64,000 nucleotides of DNA from Lingula anatina (GCA_051362555.1 CM120640.1:40898788-40962787); one strand, 5' to 3'. Positions 36,218 to 51,878 are shown, counted from the first letter of the stretch. Numbers and translations are program-made. Notes: a model not told the origin generated them from the letters alone.

Positions 36218-39200
36218 ATGGAGATAAACTGGACTAGACAACTGCTGTGTATAGTTACACTTATTTTGCTGGCACAAAGCTCAGAAAGTTCTTCAGAAAC
36301 AGTGACTCCTGCCAATGTCACAGATACTTACAGTAACCATGCAGACATCAACAGTAATATAACTTGGGCCAGTGTGCCCTCTGGAGCATCATACCCAGCA
36401 GAAACCCCTTATGATGATGCTGGGCTGGGGGCACTGTATAGCATGGCCACTGGGTTTATCAACATTGTGGGATCAACTCCACTCCCATATGGTAAGTGTA
36501 ACATCATTTTAAATCAGGCAAAAGCAAAAGAAATCTAGTAGTAACTGAAATGCCATTTGTTTTCTCCATTGTTTTATTTTTGTTGTAATATGTTTAGTTG
36601 CACTGCATGACCTTATTGACTGATGGATAAGTTTTCTGGTAATTTTTAAAGTGATTTGTGGAGGGTAGAGTTAACATTATTATCAGATTAAAAAAAAAAT
36701 AGAATCACATCTAGGTATGATATTTATATATCATTTCAGCCATATTTGAATATGGCACTGTACTGTATCTATTGAGTAATACACAGGTTATTGAGTTGTC
36801 AATGAATATTTCATAGCCAGACTTGAAAATCAATAACAGTTCTATAGATCTTGTTGCCACCTCTGATACAAAGTCTTTAAAGAGAAATAATACAGATTTA
36901 TGGATTAGCAACCTTTAGATTCCCTATTTAGATGTTTTTATTCGCTTGCATTGTCCTAAATATAAGCCATTTTTTTGTTCTAAGCTCTTTCTACTAACCC
37001 TGAAATCCTTACGTGCAAGTTCTGAATGATTTACAAAGATTTCATCCTGGGAAAATGGCAAAACACCAAAATACCAAAAATTTATCAGTATCCTGAAAAG
37101 TTTGAAATGAATTCAGACATTGTGTTCGAAGATGGACAACAGTTGTTTAGACTGAAACTTCACATCAAAATTGAAGTATTTCAAAGTATAGCCTCTTAAA
37201 TGATAGTATAATGCTTTCAAAGAACACAACATCTATTTTAGATTATGTTTATTTGTCTTAATTTGTCTTTTTTTAAAAGACATTAAATTGTTCCAGTTTA
37301 ATACATAGAAAATGAATAAATTTCATTACTGTTACCATAATTATGAAACAGAATCAAGTTTTGATAATCACCACTCTCATATTAAGCATGGACAAAAAAA
37401 GAGTCTTTTACACATATTTTGCTGAGAGACATGCATATACACGTAGAAAATATCCAGTATACTTTTGTGTTGTCTCAGATAGGTCTGACAATAGTGACAT
37501 TGTTCAAACTTTTTTAATCTGAAAATTATCATTTATTTCTTCAACAGATGCTGTTGCATCCCTCATTAGAGGTGGTGGATTTGAAATAAATTCAGTAAGT
37601 AAAATTGTTATTTTTTCTGTCATTTTATTTTATTATTTGTTTGGATTAAAAAAAAAAAAAAAGATTATATGGTCGTTAACAATAGTTAACTATTAAACTG
37701 TATTTAAAAGAAAATGTAACAGACTGTATGAAAAAGACGCCTTCTTCTCATTCTAGTTTATATCCTATGGCATTGGCTGGGGAATCTGCATTGGCATAGG
37801 GATTTTATTTATTCTGATCATGCCCATTGTTGCTTGTTGCTTCTGCTGTTGCCGATGTTGTGGAAATTGTGGCGGCAAGATGGAGCATAAAGGCCACCAT
37901 GATGACGATGCCATGTGCCGGAAAGTCACTTACAGCATCCTTCTTTTAGTTTGCACTACATTTATGATGTAAGTAGAATTTTGATTCATGACATTGTCAT
38001 ACACTAACTTATAAAATTACTGTTTTCAGATCTTCTAATTTTTGAAAATGTTTCAATCATTTATAGACATTAGAGTATATGTAAACCCGGACTTTTTCAC
38101 CCTTATGTTTTTCATTGTTTTTTTTACATTAATTGAGGTTAAAATCATTTTCAAAACCCACATCAAAAATTAAGCATGGCATCGACAACCCAACAAAAAT
38201 AGATCAAGATAACCTAGGTTATTTGTTTGCTTAGTGTCAAGCCTTCAAACATTTTATGTATAAATAAGATTTAATTTATTTGATTAATTAGTTAAATCAT
38301 GCCAATGTAGTGCAGTATAAGATATGAGATGAGGAGATTTATCTTCATGTTGGCCCAGGAACTGTGTAGGAAGTAAAGATAACAGCTTAAAAAACTGTGA
38401 TAAACTTACTTTGATAAAAAACTAGAAAATCTAGAAAATGTGATAATGTCCCACTTATGGAAAAGTAATATGTGAAACAACCTCCCAGACTGTTCTAACG
38501 GAACTGCTAGTCAATCATTGTGCCATTGGAAGAATTTCATGATTAAACTGACATTATATTAACAGGAATGCAAGATTTCATGTTATAATGTGGCTAGAAT
38601 TTGATTCTCTGAAATTGTAAGCTTAATAATTTTAATTATTAAAATGTAAGCAAAGAAAGGAAACATATGATTGCCTTTTCAAATGATCAAAACTTAATAG
38701 AATGTCAGTGTTATGCATCACTAGCTGAATATATCCAGAAATAATTAGTATAATAAGATCAAAAATATTTATCCTCTTATGTAACACAGATTTGTACATT
38801 GGTTCAGGTAAAGGGATGGCTCATGCAACTTTTGTCAAATTAGATTTGCTTATGTTCCCCTATCTGATAAGAACAATCAATTTTAAGGGCCCTCCACTAT
38901 TGATTGAATCTATGATTAAATTTCTTATCTGGAAGTGCATAAAAAATCATCTAGTTAGCAATCGAAACTCTTTTCTTCCCTTGTGTGTGGTATGGGGAGG
39001 CCCTAAGGTCCAAACAACTTGCCGTTTGAAGATCAAAGCTAAATTGTTGCAGAACCCTTAAATATTCTTCATATAGTGGTCTCTTATCCAACAAAATATG
39101 TTAAATCTCAAGTTGTTTGATTGTTTTTCATTTTACATATTTTTGAATTTCAAATATACAGGGTAAGCCTTGTAACAGAAAGTTAATTTTTCTTTTGTGG

Positions 39201-42200
39201 TAGATCAAGGACAACCATTACAATATTGAAAGATTGGGATATCAATTACAGATAGAAAAATATACTGTACTTGAAGTTGGGACAAATTTACAGGTTTGAA
39301 CCGAGAAGTAGCAGTTTATTATTAACATAAACCTTTTCTAAGAAGTGTTTACCACACCCCTTTCATATCAAGAGCTGGTAAATAATCCAATTCTCTTTAT
39401 GTATGATTCAGCATTAAGTGCTTTAACTATTGCCTAGCAAGAAAATCAATAATAGTACTTTACGCAACAATGCTCAATACCTCACTCAGGTGAGCCATTT
39501 ATTGGTCACAGTGGGGAAGAATGGAAACTGTTTATCCTTGTTTTGTTTGTTGTCAAAGGTAACAGGTATTTGAACCAATAGAGGATTATTTGATTGCAGT
39601 ATCAGCATACAGGTAGAAAACTGTAAGGCTAGCTGATCTCTTGCTATTTGCTTTGACTAAAATATTGTAGTGTTAGTCCAAGTATTTTCTAAGGGGAATA
39701 AATTTCAAGCTCTCATTCCATTTTGTTGACACAAAGCTCTTTTGGGATTAACAAACCCTTGTAGTTGTATGCTTTTAAATTGAAGAGTTTCCTGAAGTGA
39801 ATGAACTTTCCCAACTTTAATCATGACAATTTGGTTGATCAGTATGCATCATGTGATTACAAACCATATTATCAGATGTTTTATTGATTAAGTTCTAATG
39901 TCATTTTCAAGATCATCATTGGGTAAATATTTACAAACAGTATACTTTGAATATAAAATATCACACTTTTTAATGATATTTTGGCAAGGATTGCATGGTA
40001 TGCAATGACAATGTATAACTTTCAGAGTTATTTCAGCCCAGTAATACAAGTTGGTGTAAAATTGATGGTTTGGATATAAAAATTTCAAGATTTGTCAGGA
40101 TTATTTCAGCTCTTTTCCTTTATTTACGGGATGTAGACTTTTTTCTTTTTGTATTGTGAAAAACTTAGCAAACATGACCTGGACAAATATAAGCTATTTG
40201 AAGTTACTTTGTTTGAACTACGTCAATGCATTGGATGAAACAAGTCACTAGTGGATTGCTATCATATTACACCTGTCTCACATATTATTTTGCACCATTC
40301 TTACATGACATCTGAGGGTTTCCCACTTCTCTATTATGGACGATATATAATAGTGGATGCTGCTTAAAATTGCCACATGCAATATAATAGATCATCCAGT
40401 TGCCACATACAATAGATCATGCGGTTGCCACATACATAGATAATGTCTGTTGAGATGAGATTTTTCAGGTGAATGCTGTTTTTCTTTTTCCTTTAAATAA
40501 TCACTGATCCTTACAAGCTGTTACCAGGGATGCCAAGGCACTTAAGGACAAAAAAAAATGATATTGAAATCTTTTAAAGGTTTTCTGTTATCTATTCTTA
40601 TTGATTGTCTGTTTTTCTATATTTAAGGATTGCCATCATCTGTGTCTATGTCACCAATGACAAGGTGTCTGCTTCCCTGGGCACTACTGGAACTACCCTA
40701 AATGAGACAATGACAACTGTTAATACATATGTTAATAATACAGTGGAGGTAAGAAACTCAAGCATACATGTACCTCCCAAACATATATATAAGGAGATCT
40801 ATTTCTTCACATTGTTATTTTTGTAAATTCTTACAAAAATGAGAAAATGTAGTAAATAACTTGTTGTAAAATATAGGGATATATTATATACACTTTAATA
40901 TATTTGTTATTGTGCTTTATGCCAAGCATCAAATTAAGTAAAAACTAATTGTGTTTTATGTATTCAGATGTGAAGGTAGCTCTCAAACTGTCTGTATTTG
41001 AAACGCATTTTAATATATCCTGTTTGTTCTCTTTAGCAAATCAACTATGTAGCTATCAAGGACTTCGAGTTTGCAAGAAAGGTTATCGACAGGGACTTGG
41101 ATAGTAAGTTTTAGAAATTATGTCATATAGTGTCATAGAAATGTTTTGAATGTGAAATCAGTAAATATTGTCAGTAAAGAAACAACATCTAAAACAACAA
41201 CAATATGATGACATTTAATGTTCTTTTTTATCTTAATTATTTTTTATTGTTGTTGGCTTAATTAATGTGAATAATGTTAATTAGAATTTTTTTAAGTTAA
41301 AGGCAAAAATGAAGAAAGAAACGCATAAGAACTGTCAATGTTTACTAAATAGATAATGTGAGTATTAAGAATAGTTTCCATTCAACAGAATTTTCTTATT
41401 CCAGATATAGGCGTTCTGGTTGGAGTTCCAGTGCGCACCACTCTGGCCACTACAGGGAACGTGGATAATGCAATCAACAGCATTATTGCCTTGGATGCCA
41501 GTAAGTTTTGATGGTCAATTTCCTTATGATCTTTTTTTTTTTTTTTTTTTTTTGTAAATTTGTAAAAGACATTTGAATCACTACTGTTATAAAATTTGAA
41601 GAAGAAAATAATTAAAATTTATTTTATATAGTAAGCAATTACTTTCATGATTGATGAATTCTCCTTTCAGCTATCCAGGATCTGGCCACCAAATTGATCG
41701 CTGTGAACACTTCAGTAGCTGTGTTCAAAGAGAAGGGAAATATCCTGATAAGTGAACTCAACAGTACAGCCACGAATATCTCTAATACCATCAGTACATG
41801 TGGAGCGCAATGCAGCTCAATAAATCCAAATCAGCTGCAAATGTCTGCAGATCTGAACCAGGTCAGTGGCAAGGCTTTGGTTTAAGTGTCATAGTAAGAG
41901 TAATCTTAAAAGCCTGTCTCTTGAAGCCTGACTGGCATGCAATGCCATTTTGATCCAGACTTAAATTCTATGGTTCACATTACATGCTTTTAAATATCTG
42001 TTTGTTATAATGAATGGGTTTCAAGAGGTTTAGGACTTATTCTCATAGACCCCATCGGTCTACATAGATCAATCTAACTCTTCAGGAACTCTTGCTGAGT
42101 GCAATCAGCTTAACTGAATTACATGCTTCACATTACATGCACTTCACATAACAGAGGCATGTTAATCTGTAAAACTGATTGCATTCAGCAAGATTCCCCA

Positions 42201-45200
42201 TGGAGTTGGATCGCTCTACATATATCGATGATGTCTATGGGAATGAGCCTTTAGAGTTTGATATATAAGGACTTGAAATAGAAAGAGGTAGTTTTCCATA
42301 TCAGAACAGTGAATACAAACATATCCATAATGCAACACTTTTCCTAATTGTATTTTGTTTCAAAATAATTTTCTTTTTCTAGCTGCCTGATATCTCTAGC
42401 CAAGTCAGTCAGATAGATAGTGTCATGTCCAACAATATCACTGCCTTGGCATTGGATGTAAGTTGTTTTATTTGTTTGTTTGTTTGTTTCTTTGTTTTGA
42501 TAAGAATACTTATAGGTTGCTGTTCACTACTCTTGCTAGTTAGTAAAATAAATAATTTTTTAATAAGAAATTATTTTCATAATTGAATAAGGAATTATTT
42601 TCATAATCTTTTAAAAAAATATGTTTTTGTGAAATCATGCTCATTTCAAGATACAGTATTCCATGTGTGAAAACATTTCAGGGCAAGAAACAGTTTGATG
42701 ACATTCCAGAACGAGTGACTAATGAAACTCGGGCCACGGTAACAAGTAAGTCTCTTCATCATTCTTTATGTTGATTATGCTGATAGAAAGAAATAAAATA
42801 GCATTTGAAAAATTGTCTATAATCAAAATCATAACATATACATGTGAGCATTTTACTTTGGGATGAATTAATGAGCGGTTATCAAAACACTCTTCAAAGT
42901 CATAGAGGTCAGCTGAAAAAAATGTTTAGGCTCCATGATTCCAGAGATTTGATGGTCAAAGCAGCTATGCCTGAAATGTTCCTGCCTGTCCATCAAGGTG
43001 CTGTTAAGGGGACTTGTTTGATAGTTTGTTTTTTTTTTAATCTGACAAAGCAGTTATTTGGTGGTAAACCATATATCTAGAAATAGTGTTACATAATATT
43101 TAAATGTATATGATTTCAGGTATTAAAATCATGCTTAGTAATTTCACCACAACCATCAGCTCATCTCTTAGTGTCATTACTACTATGACTGGCATGGTAA
43201 GCTATCATTTTTATTTCTCTAATAATATTATTATTACATATTTGGAAATTTGTTAAAAAGTAATTATTAGTTGACATGGTGTAAGGAGGCTAAGCGCTGA
43301 TGCAACTGATAATTTAAAAAAAAAAACCCGAGTGAGCTTTTTGGTTATTGTTGCGTCTATTGTTAGAAATCATATTAGAAGGTGTTATTGTTTCTTTGCA
43401 GATTTCAAATTTGTCCTCTTCATTGAATCCTGTGTATACAGGCCTGGATCAGGCCAAGCAGTATGACAGTTACAGGTATGTGAACAAACAATATTTTTAC
43501 CAAAAAAAAAGAAATGGATTGCAAAAGTCTTGAATCCAGTTAATGATAGTTATTTCTTATGTGAGTTCTAAGCAATGCTATATATCTATTACAAATGATT
43601 ATTTTTAGGAACTACGGAGGCATCGGCTTGTCCTGCCTGTTGTTGCTGATTGTCATTTTCCAGTTCATTGGTTTGGTTATGGGCATATGTGGTCACAAAA
43701 AAGTCACCCCAACTGAGCGAAGTGGAGTTTCTAATTGTGGTGGATTGTTCTTAATGGCGTATGTAGTTTTTTGATGTAATTTTTATACAATATTCATGTC
43801 ACCTTGTTTCTGAAGATAATTAGCGCTATTCTTTAGTTTCACTTGTCAACTTTACTGTTATGTACAAAATCTGATCCTGTATATAAATCATTTAAAAAAG
43901 ATTTTGATAGTTTTGTGTCTCCTTTCAACTGTCATCGCTTTCAATCCAAAAGGAGAAATGTGTAAGAAGAACATTTTCTAATAGCATTTATTGTAATTAA
44001 TGGTTTCTGGGTCTCTTTTCCAGAGCTGTTGGCCTTTGTTTTATCTTCTCCGTCTTTTTGATGCTGTTTGTGGTGATCATGTTTCCCATTGGTGGTATCT
44101 TGGAGAAAGAAGTGTGCCAACCGCTGACTGATGACCCCACTTATTCATCTCTCGGCAAGGTCGGTTGATATGTGTAGTCTTATTAAGCTTTATAAACATG
44201 TGAGGAAAAAACAAAGTTTTTTTTCTAAATTCTGGGACCATTTATAGGACATATCCACTATTTTATTTCTTTGTCTAATTTTATCCAGAAAAATGTCCTT
44301 GAAAATAAAATCTAAGCTTTATTCTTAAATTTTCAGATGACACTTTCCTGTGATTTGAGGCTTTCTTTTTTTTTTTTTTTTTGCTGAATTCTTAACTAAT
44401 AATTTATCCATTGAATGATTTTTCAAAATATAGATTAAAAAAACATATTCAGTATTTAAAAAAATGGAGTACTTTTTCACCAGTTTTTAAAGTTGTCAGC
44501 GAAGATTTTTCTGAAATCAAGATGTCTTTGAGTGTTTTTTTTTTAATCTCTTGTAGTTGGTTGACAACAGTGACAGTTTGATTAGTACAGTCATGTTTGG
44601 TAGCCAGGGTGGCTATGTAATGGGGATTCTGCTTGGTAATACAAGTATTCCATTGACACTTGGAGGAGTATTGACGTAAGTTGATATTTCATTTTGAATT
44701 TTCAGTGAGCTTCTGATTTGTCAGACTTTTGGCATATGTCAGACCTTTTTATGAGTTACAGTGTAATTTCTCACTTTGTCAAGTACAAGTAACGTAAGTC
44801 TTTATTTTGTTATTTTTGGGATTGAAATAGTGCACATTGAAACTGCACAAACAGTAAAATGTTATAGAAACTGTGAACTACTTTTCAGGGATTGCAAGAA
44901 TGACATGGCAGCGTACACTGCATTAAAACTGAATAATATGTTTGACATCTCTTCTGTCACAAATTACAGATCAGTAAGTATTAAAATAATAAATAGCACC
45001 TTGAAACAGCTTTTCTTTTTTTAAATTATCCTCAGTAAACAATCTGACTTCATGTCTTGTTAGTGAGCAACATAATTATATACATGTAGTTACTGTATTT
45101 AAACAGTTACATAACTTAGTCAGGCAAAAGAAGAACAAAAAAGTTATTTGTTTAAATGATGTTAAGCATGAATCTCTACACATATTGATATGTTTTCTGC

Positions 45201-48200
45201 AACTGATTTATTAATTTTTTTTTTAATTAGCAAATTGATATCACTACCCAACTGGATTCCTTGAATGTGGACTTGAGCACTGTGACCATTCTCAGTTCAA
45301 ACACGGAAACCCAACTGACAGACTTCCACAACTCCCTCGACATAAACTTTCAAGGTTTTCTGGATCAGGTACAACTAATCATTAATATGATCACCTTATC
45401 ATGAATACTAAGCTAGTAGTTTCAGATAGCATGATCTACTGGGAGTCTTGTAATATTTGGAAAAGACGGGTTTGTAGCACATGGTGACAGACAGTATTTT
45501 TTTTTTAATAATGAAATGTGAAGTGAAGCAAAGTTAACTAATCTTAATGGGAATGCTTGATGAAGCCAAAATGCCCAATTGTGTAGACTTCATTTCTTTA
45601 TGATAATCATCCAAGAGCATAAGAGCAATCAAAATGTGGGGTCTAAATGGACATGTTTAACATGACATTCAAATCGGAGATTATAATCAGATAATTGTAT
45701 AATTCCAGACCAACCAAAGCACCACTCAAGTGGACCTGAATGCCTTTGCCAATGAGTTGAGGAACTTGTCAGCAAATTTGATGGCTATCAATGCTAGCGC
45801 TTTCGGCACTGTTGCGGTATGTATCCTCTGATGACTACCTTAGTCTTAGCAAAAGATTTTATGCTTTTCTGATGAAGCTGCCTTTTTAGTTATATTTGAT
45901 GTAGAGTATAGGTTATGATCTTGATATTTAACTGGACACATTACTGTGCAAACAGTAGGCTATGTACTTTTTGCATATTGGCTAGCTTATTTATGTGACC
46001 AGTAGAAAACAATCTGGCTAAATATGAGCTAGGGTAAGAAGTGTAGTGTAGAAAATACTTACCTGCTTACATTCCACTGACAATAGAAGAATGTTTTCAT
46101 TAATGTGATGTTAGATGGCATTTTATCATTTAGGGTAATTACTTGAAATTTTCAAATGTATACTCCCTCCATTATTTTACTTTTTCAAGATTTATTATTT
46201 TCAGTTACCCACAGAAATGTAATTTATGACAAGAAGCTAACTCACTTTTCAAAAAGTGAGTCAAATATACAGTACAACTAACAAAACATTGTTTCAGAGA
46301 ACATCATTTATTTATTTTGTTCAAATTTTTGTACTTCTGTTGGTGTAGGCTGAGCTCAACTACAGTGCAGACAGTTTGGACTCCATCCAATCCAACACCG
46401 TGCCTGCAGTGAACAATGCTCAGGTAGGAAACCATTCTATGTATAATTTAATTGATTTTTTTTTTTTTGCTAAGATCAGTACAGTTTTGATTTCTTTCCT
46501 GACATGATGCATTTTGCAAACACTTAAAAGTCAAGCACATGTTTCAAAATGTACTTGACAATGAAGTTGTTTCATAGTTACCATAATATCAATAGCAATA
46601 TAATATTATTAATAATTTATCCAGCTGATGTTAAAATATACATAAGATATTGATTTCTGGTGTGAGCTATTTGAATACATTTAGTTGGGGCGCTGTATAA
46701 GATGTGGTATGTACAATAAAATCATTAAAATTTTGATCTAGAATAGCTTGATTTAGATTGTCTCCATATTCTTGCTCCATATTTTCCCACAACATAGAAT
46801 CATCAGTGTTTTATGTTATACATTTCTTGAGGCCATCAGTAAATGTCTAGGACAACCTAGTTATTTTTTTTTACTTGATTGTCATTGTATTAATTATTTT
46901 TCAGACCCAGATCACTACCAACATAGAGAACTTGGCAGCAGCAGCTCCAGTAGCTCAGGTAGCTCAGTTTTTTAGTTGACTGCAGATAGTTTGTCTGACT
47001 TAAAGGAAACTCCCACGGTGACATACAATTATGAATGTGTACAGTAATACAGGAACCTAACTGTCAACATTACATAACAAAATACAACAATACATAATTT
47101 ATTGGGAGTCTTATTACTACATTTGATGTCATCACACTGATAATATTGATTGCTTTGTTCTCCATGCAGACCACAGTGAACAACACCTTGAACAACACCA
47201 GGACTGCTCAGACCTACATCCAGACCAATGGATCTGGTGTGGTGGTAGATGTGAGTTTTTGATTTCTGAAATGTGTAAAATTTTATTTCTAAAATGGTGG
47301 TGAAAGTAGCATTCATTGCTAAGCTAAATAAAGGGGTGGGGAGAGGAAAGAAAAGGAAAGAGAAAAAAAGGCTTCTTAAAAAGCACAATTATTGTGAATC
47401 AGTTCTTGAACCTAGAAGTTAGAAAGGGTTTGAAAATTGGTACCAGGTTTAGATGCTTTTAGAAAATGATCAGGGAATGTATCTGTATTTAATTTTAATT
47501 TTTTTTTCAGGAAGCGAAAAACTATGCTAATAGGATTCTAGGTGTTGCAGACCAGTTTGTCACCAGAGCATTATCGGCTGTAAGTAATAGCCTGTGCATC
47601 TTAAAGTACCTTGTTCATTTTTTTTTGTCTTTCATGTTTGTTTTTTATTATTTTTTTCCTAGGGCAGCTAATGAGGGATTGTGTTTTGAACACTTGAGCA
47701 AATGTTTCACTTACAAGTATGTACCGCATAAGCAGAAGGTAGCCAGATAAATACATTTTTAGAAGTTACATATAAGGTGTGTGGGTGTGTGTGTGTGTTG
47801 CATTTATTCATGTGGCACCCTAATTTTAGTAATAATTTACATTTTGCAGGTTTCAAATGATGTTGGAAAGTGTAAACCAGTCTACACAATCTTTAATTCC
47901 TTCTTCAACACCCTATTCTGTGGAAACGTAGTGGACACATTGGTAAGTTTTTTTTCTTCTTTTTTTTTTGAAGAATTTGAGCTTGTTTTTATTTTATTTG
48001 TTCAGATTATCTTCGTAATTTATATTATTTAAAGCATTTTGAAAATAAAGATTATGTTTAATTTTGTTTTTTTAGTGTATTGTGTGAAAATTGTGGTTAA
48101 ATATACTTGTTGAAAGAAAGCTTATTTCACTGGTTATGAATTATAAGCAGAATGTTTTAAATTGTGTTTTCAGAATGGGTTCTGGTTTACATTGGGCTGG

Positions 48201-48791
48201 TATGTGTTCTTCATGGTACCAAGTATCATCTTTGGAGTGAAGTTGGCCAAACATTTCCGCAAGATGAACTTTGAAATCACTCATGAAGATCCGTAAGTAA
48301 TGATCTCTGCCTTTGACATTTTGATTAGTATTTGATTTTCTGACAGATGGAAGTATTTGACAAAAGTAGTTTTTAAATTAGTGTATGCCAGGGGCATTGG
48401 GTGGGGGTGGGGGTGGGTGCACTTACATGCATTGAAATTGTGGATCTAGGCTCCCTCTCTCCCCAAAGAAAACAACAAATTTATTCCCAATTTGAAAAAA
48501 GAGATCTCCCTCTCCCTCTTCTCAAATACCCCAGACCATGATTTATAACATAAACTTAAGGCTATGGTGTTAAGTAAATTGATTACAAAGTGCATTGCAG
48601 TTAAATATAAGATTCTTATAATGTTATTTTAGAAATCAAAGGCCTGTAACAGCTGTAGGGAAGTATGTACATGCTATTTGCTTGTAAAGAGAATGATCAT
48701 CTCTCTTGGATGCAATTGATATTCAGAACTGGTTTCTTGTTTGTTTTCCTGAGGAATTCACTTGTGAAATTTAATTGGTTCATTTCAGTTA

Positions 48792-48831
<40 letters not shown>

Positions 48832-49603
48832 TTGGTGGATGTGATGATTCATGATTTTTCTTCATCCCCTTCTTGCTTTTGTTAAATTTGAAAGGAAAAT
48901 TATTGTTTGTGAAAATGCTTCTTGCATGCTGATTAAAAGGCAGTCTTTGTATTTGAAATATAAAGATGTACTTACATACTTACATAAGAACATTTATGTT
49001 AGTACTTTTTAATTATTGAATTAAAATCAGTGATAAAGGTATTAATAGTATTTTTTTTTCTTTTAAGTCGCACTGACAGCCAAGAAAGTATGAACTCGTA
49101 AGTATCTGTTATATATGTGTTTTACTTTTCATTAATTGCAGTCTTTAAGCATATTTTAATCAATATTATTATCGATTGATTGATTGGTTTTTCTTTTTGT
49201 ATGATAAAATTTAATTCATTGTGAACAGTATTGGATTTAAGCAAATTAATTTTGTTTATCTGCTTCTAGGGAGAAGAAGCCAGGCTTTGGAAAGTGAGTA
49301 TTGGTCATTTTTTCTCTCAGATAATGAATGAGGCATATGATTAAGAAAATGTTATGTAAACAAAAGGAGTGTGGAGGAAAACACTGTAGCATTTATAAAT
49401 AAATAAGCCTGGGCCATATAAACTCATACTCAAAGGAGCAAAGAAATATGTTTCTCTTTATGTATCTCTTAAGAATTCTGAAGAACTACTTGTATTACAT
49501 TATCTTCTTTGGAATTACATCGTCTATCATCTTGCAGTGATTCTTTTTTCTCTACTTGCAATCTTTTTACAGACGTCTTACTAGTAAAGTGTCCCCCTCA
49601 TAA
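36218..49603 (+). CDS. PROM1: Prominin (CD133 family pentaspan membrane glycoprotein), ~27 coding exons
   Basis: Signal peptide [24 protein letters not shown]; TM1 plus signature [21 protein letters not shown] (37757-37968); YDSYR; [17 protein letters not shown]; VCQPL; VGKCKPVY; [35 protein letters not shown] (48174-48292); tail exons 49068-49097, 49270-49293, 49573-49603 (TAA). Confidence 0.93.
42034..42249. mobile_element. Palindromic MITE-like element
   Basis: Imperfect fold-back over ~215 bp: ttattctcatagac / gtctatgggaatga, tcttgctgagtgcaatcag / ctgattgcattcagcaaga; TTA-like flanks suggest PIF/Harbinger type. Confidence 0.7.
48793..48831. repeat. (TAT)n microsatellite
   Basis: Seen directly. 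Confidence 0.95.
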
Positions 49604-51878
49604 TTTGGTAAGCGTTACATGACAGATGTTTCATTTCTATGCATGCTGTATTTTGTTAGATTTTTGCATGCAAGGGAAAATGGCCAGGAACCAATAAGAT
49701 TATCATCATCATTATGTGCATGTACCCTATATAGTAAGCTACCCATGGAATGATTTCCAGATGTTAAAACCAACCAACAGCTATAGATGCACAAACCCCT
49801 GTGATGTACTACCTATGATCTGTTATATGCATGTCATAGAAGGTTTTGGGTTAGAAAAATGACTGATTGCTTAAAACATATTTTGACTCTCTACTTCAGG
49901 ACTGTTTTACTGGATGAAAGGGACCTCTTCTAACCCTTGCCAGCATGTCTTTCACTTACCTCTAAAGGCCACCTCCAAGTCTGTGCTGTCATCCCAGCCA
50001 TTCTGGCTCTTTTTCTTTCTTCTTATAAATCAACTTATCTTAAGACTTTGACCTCTGACCTTCTGTCTTACAGAGCAATTTATCATTTAGATGTAGATCT
50101 GGTGTGTTTTTTTACCTCATAGATTATTTTTTAGTATTTTTACGTACCATGAAATCTGTGCTATTTAGCATGATGTTTTATGTTTTCTGTTTTCATTTAA
50201 TGATATCTGTCAAGTTTTGTCACATTTTAGTCTGTTTATGAAGCATAATTTTGTTATTATTGTATGCATAAGATGTATTTTTTAAATCATATGTAATTTT
50301 CTTTCAACCTTATTTTCCACTGCTTAAGTTTGAAAATATTTTGTGTAAAATTTTAGCAAAGATCCAGAATTCTTTTCATTGGGACCTGTAAAGTGAGTTT
50401 TTTTAAAGAGAATTATATGTAAACATTGTCCAAGATCATTTGAAAAGCTTTTAACTGAGCACAGGTGTGCATGTAACATTCAGCTATCAAATTTTAGTAT
50501 TTTGGCTAAAGTAATGACACCCATGTACAACCTTGGCCACTGTGGGAAGTTACAACAGGAAATCGTTTTGCCGTGCTCCATTTGCTGTTTTTATTGTACA
50601 TGGTCAGCATGCTTACTGAAGTTTCTTATGGCTTTATATCATCACGTCTTCTCTAACAAGGCTACATATTACCACTGCCACTAATGATCTTCATCTATCT
50701 CTGGTTATTAATTTTTTCAAGCAAGATGTGGACTAAACAGTGCATGGCTGAGGAATAATACCATTATGCATAGCATACATGAACTATTTGCTGCACTGAA
50801 ACTAAAATAAAGCAGCAAGCATTGATCCTTTGTTCAACTAAATATATACTGATGCATTTACTGAGTATGTTGTGTCATCTGAAGCTGAGAGTAGCAAAAA
50901 TATACTTGAACCAACATGTTATAATCTGCGGATGCTAATATCAAATGCTTGTAAGATAAAAAAGATTTTGTTGAAGTTACTTATGTATAAATATATAATC
51001 ATTGCAGTGTTGCACATAATTAGTTTCGTTTGAACAGCATGTGTCTAAAAAAAAAAATTAAGGATTTTGCGCTTATAGTAACAATAATAGTAGGTTGCCA
51101 AACTGCTTGTAGAAGTTTTTTTTTTAAATTAAATAATTAGATCCAAGTGCGAACCAGAAAAGGGTGGAATGTTTAGCTTGTGCACTCTTTGAAGTGATCA
51201 TTTACAGGAAATGCTAATGTTACGAGTTTGCACTGTAGAGAATACATGTAAATACTGTTACTTTTGATGAAGTTGTTTCTTCTAGATAGGAGTAATTGTG
51301 TGTTCTAAATACATTATTTTAATCTTAATCTTTGTACAGAATAAGAACATTTTTGTTTATAAAAAATTCCACTGTATATTGGTACTTGCAAGATGCCTTT
51401 ATGTAAATAATCTGAAAAGTTACACCTTGTTTTTAAAATGATGGGTTTCATTGACTCTAATGATAGCATTATTAATCCCTTTACACCATATATTATATTT
51501 TGTTTTGTATTATTTTTAAATTGTAGAAATGAAGTAGGCATCGCATAATAGATGACAGCGCAGGATGAGCCAGATTGGTGGAGATATTTAAATTTGTCCT
51601 TGGGAGACAAAAAGGATTCATTTAATGAGGCTGCTGTTATGATGATATTGGTTTGAGACTGCTTGGATTGAAAAATACTATTATATTGTGTATTACTTCA
51701 CCGTTTATTTAAATGGAGAGTGGCATTATTGAAAGTTGGTTATATTTTGTCGTTTGTAATAGTTTGCACATGCACTAGTCATTCCCAATTTATTTTGACA
51801 TTTATTCAATTGTGTCTGCAGTTGATTGCATAACCTGGTTGTAATGTAGCTACAGTATCTGTTATTTGCACAACCTCG

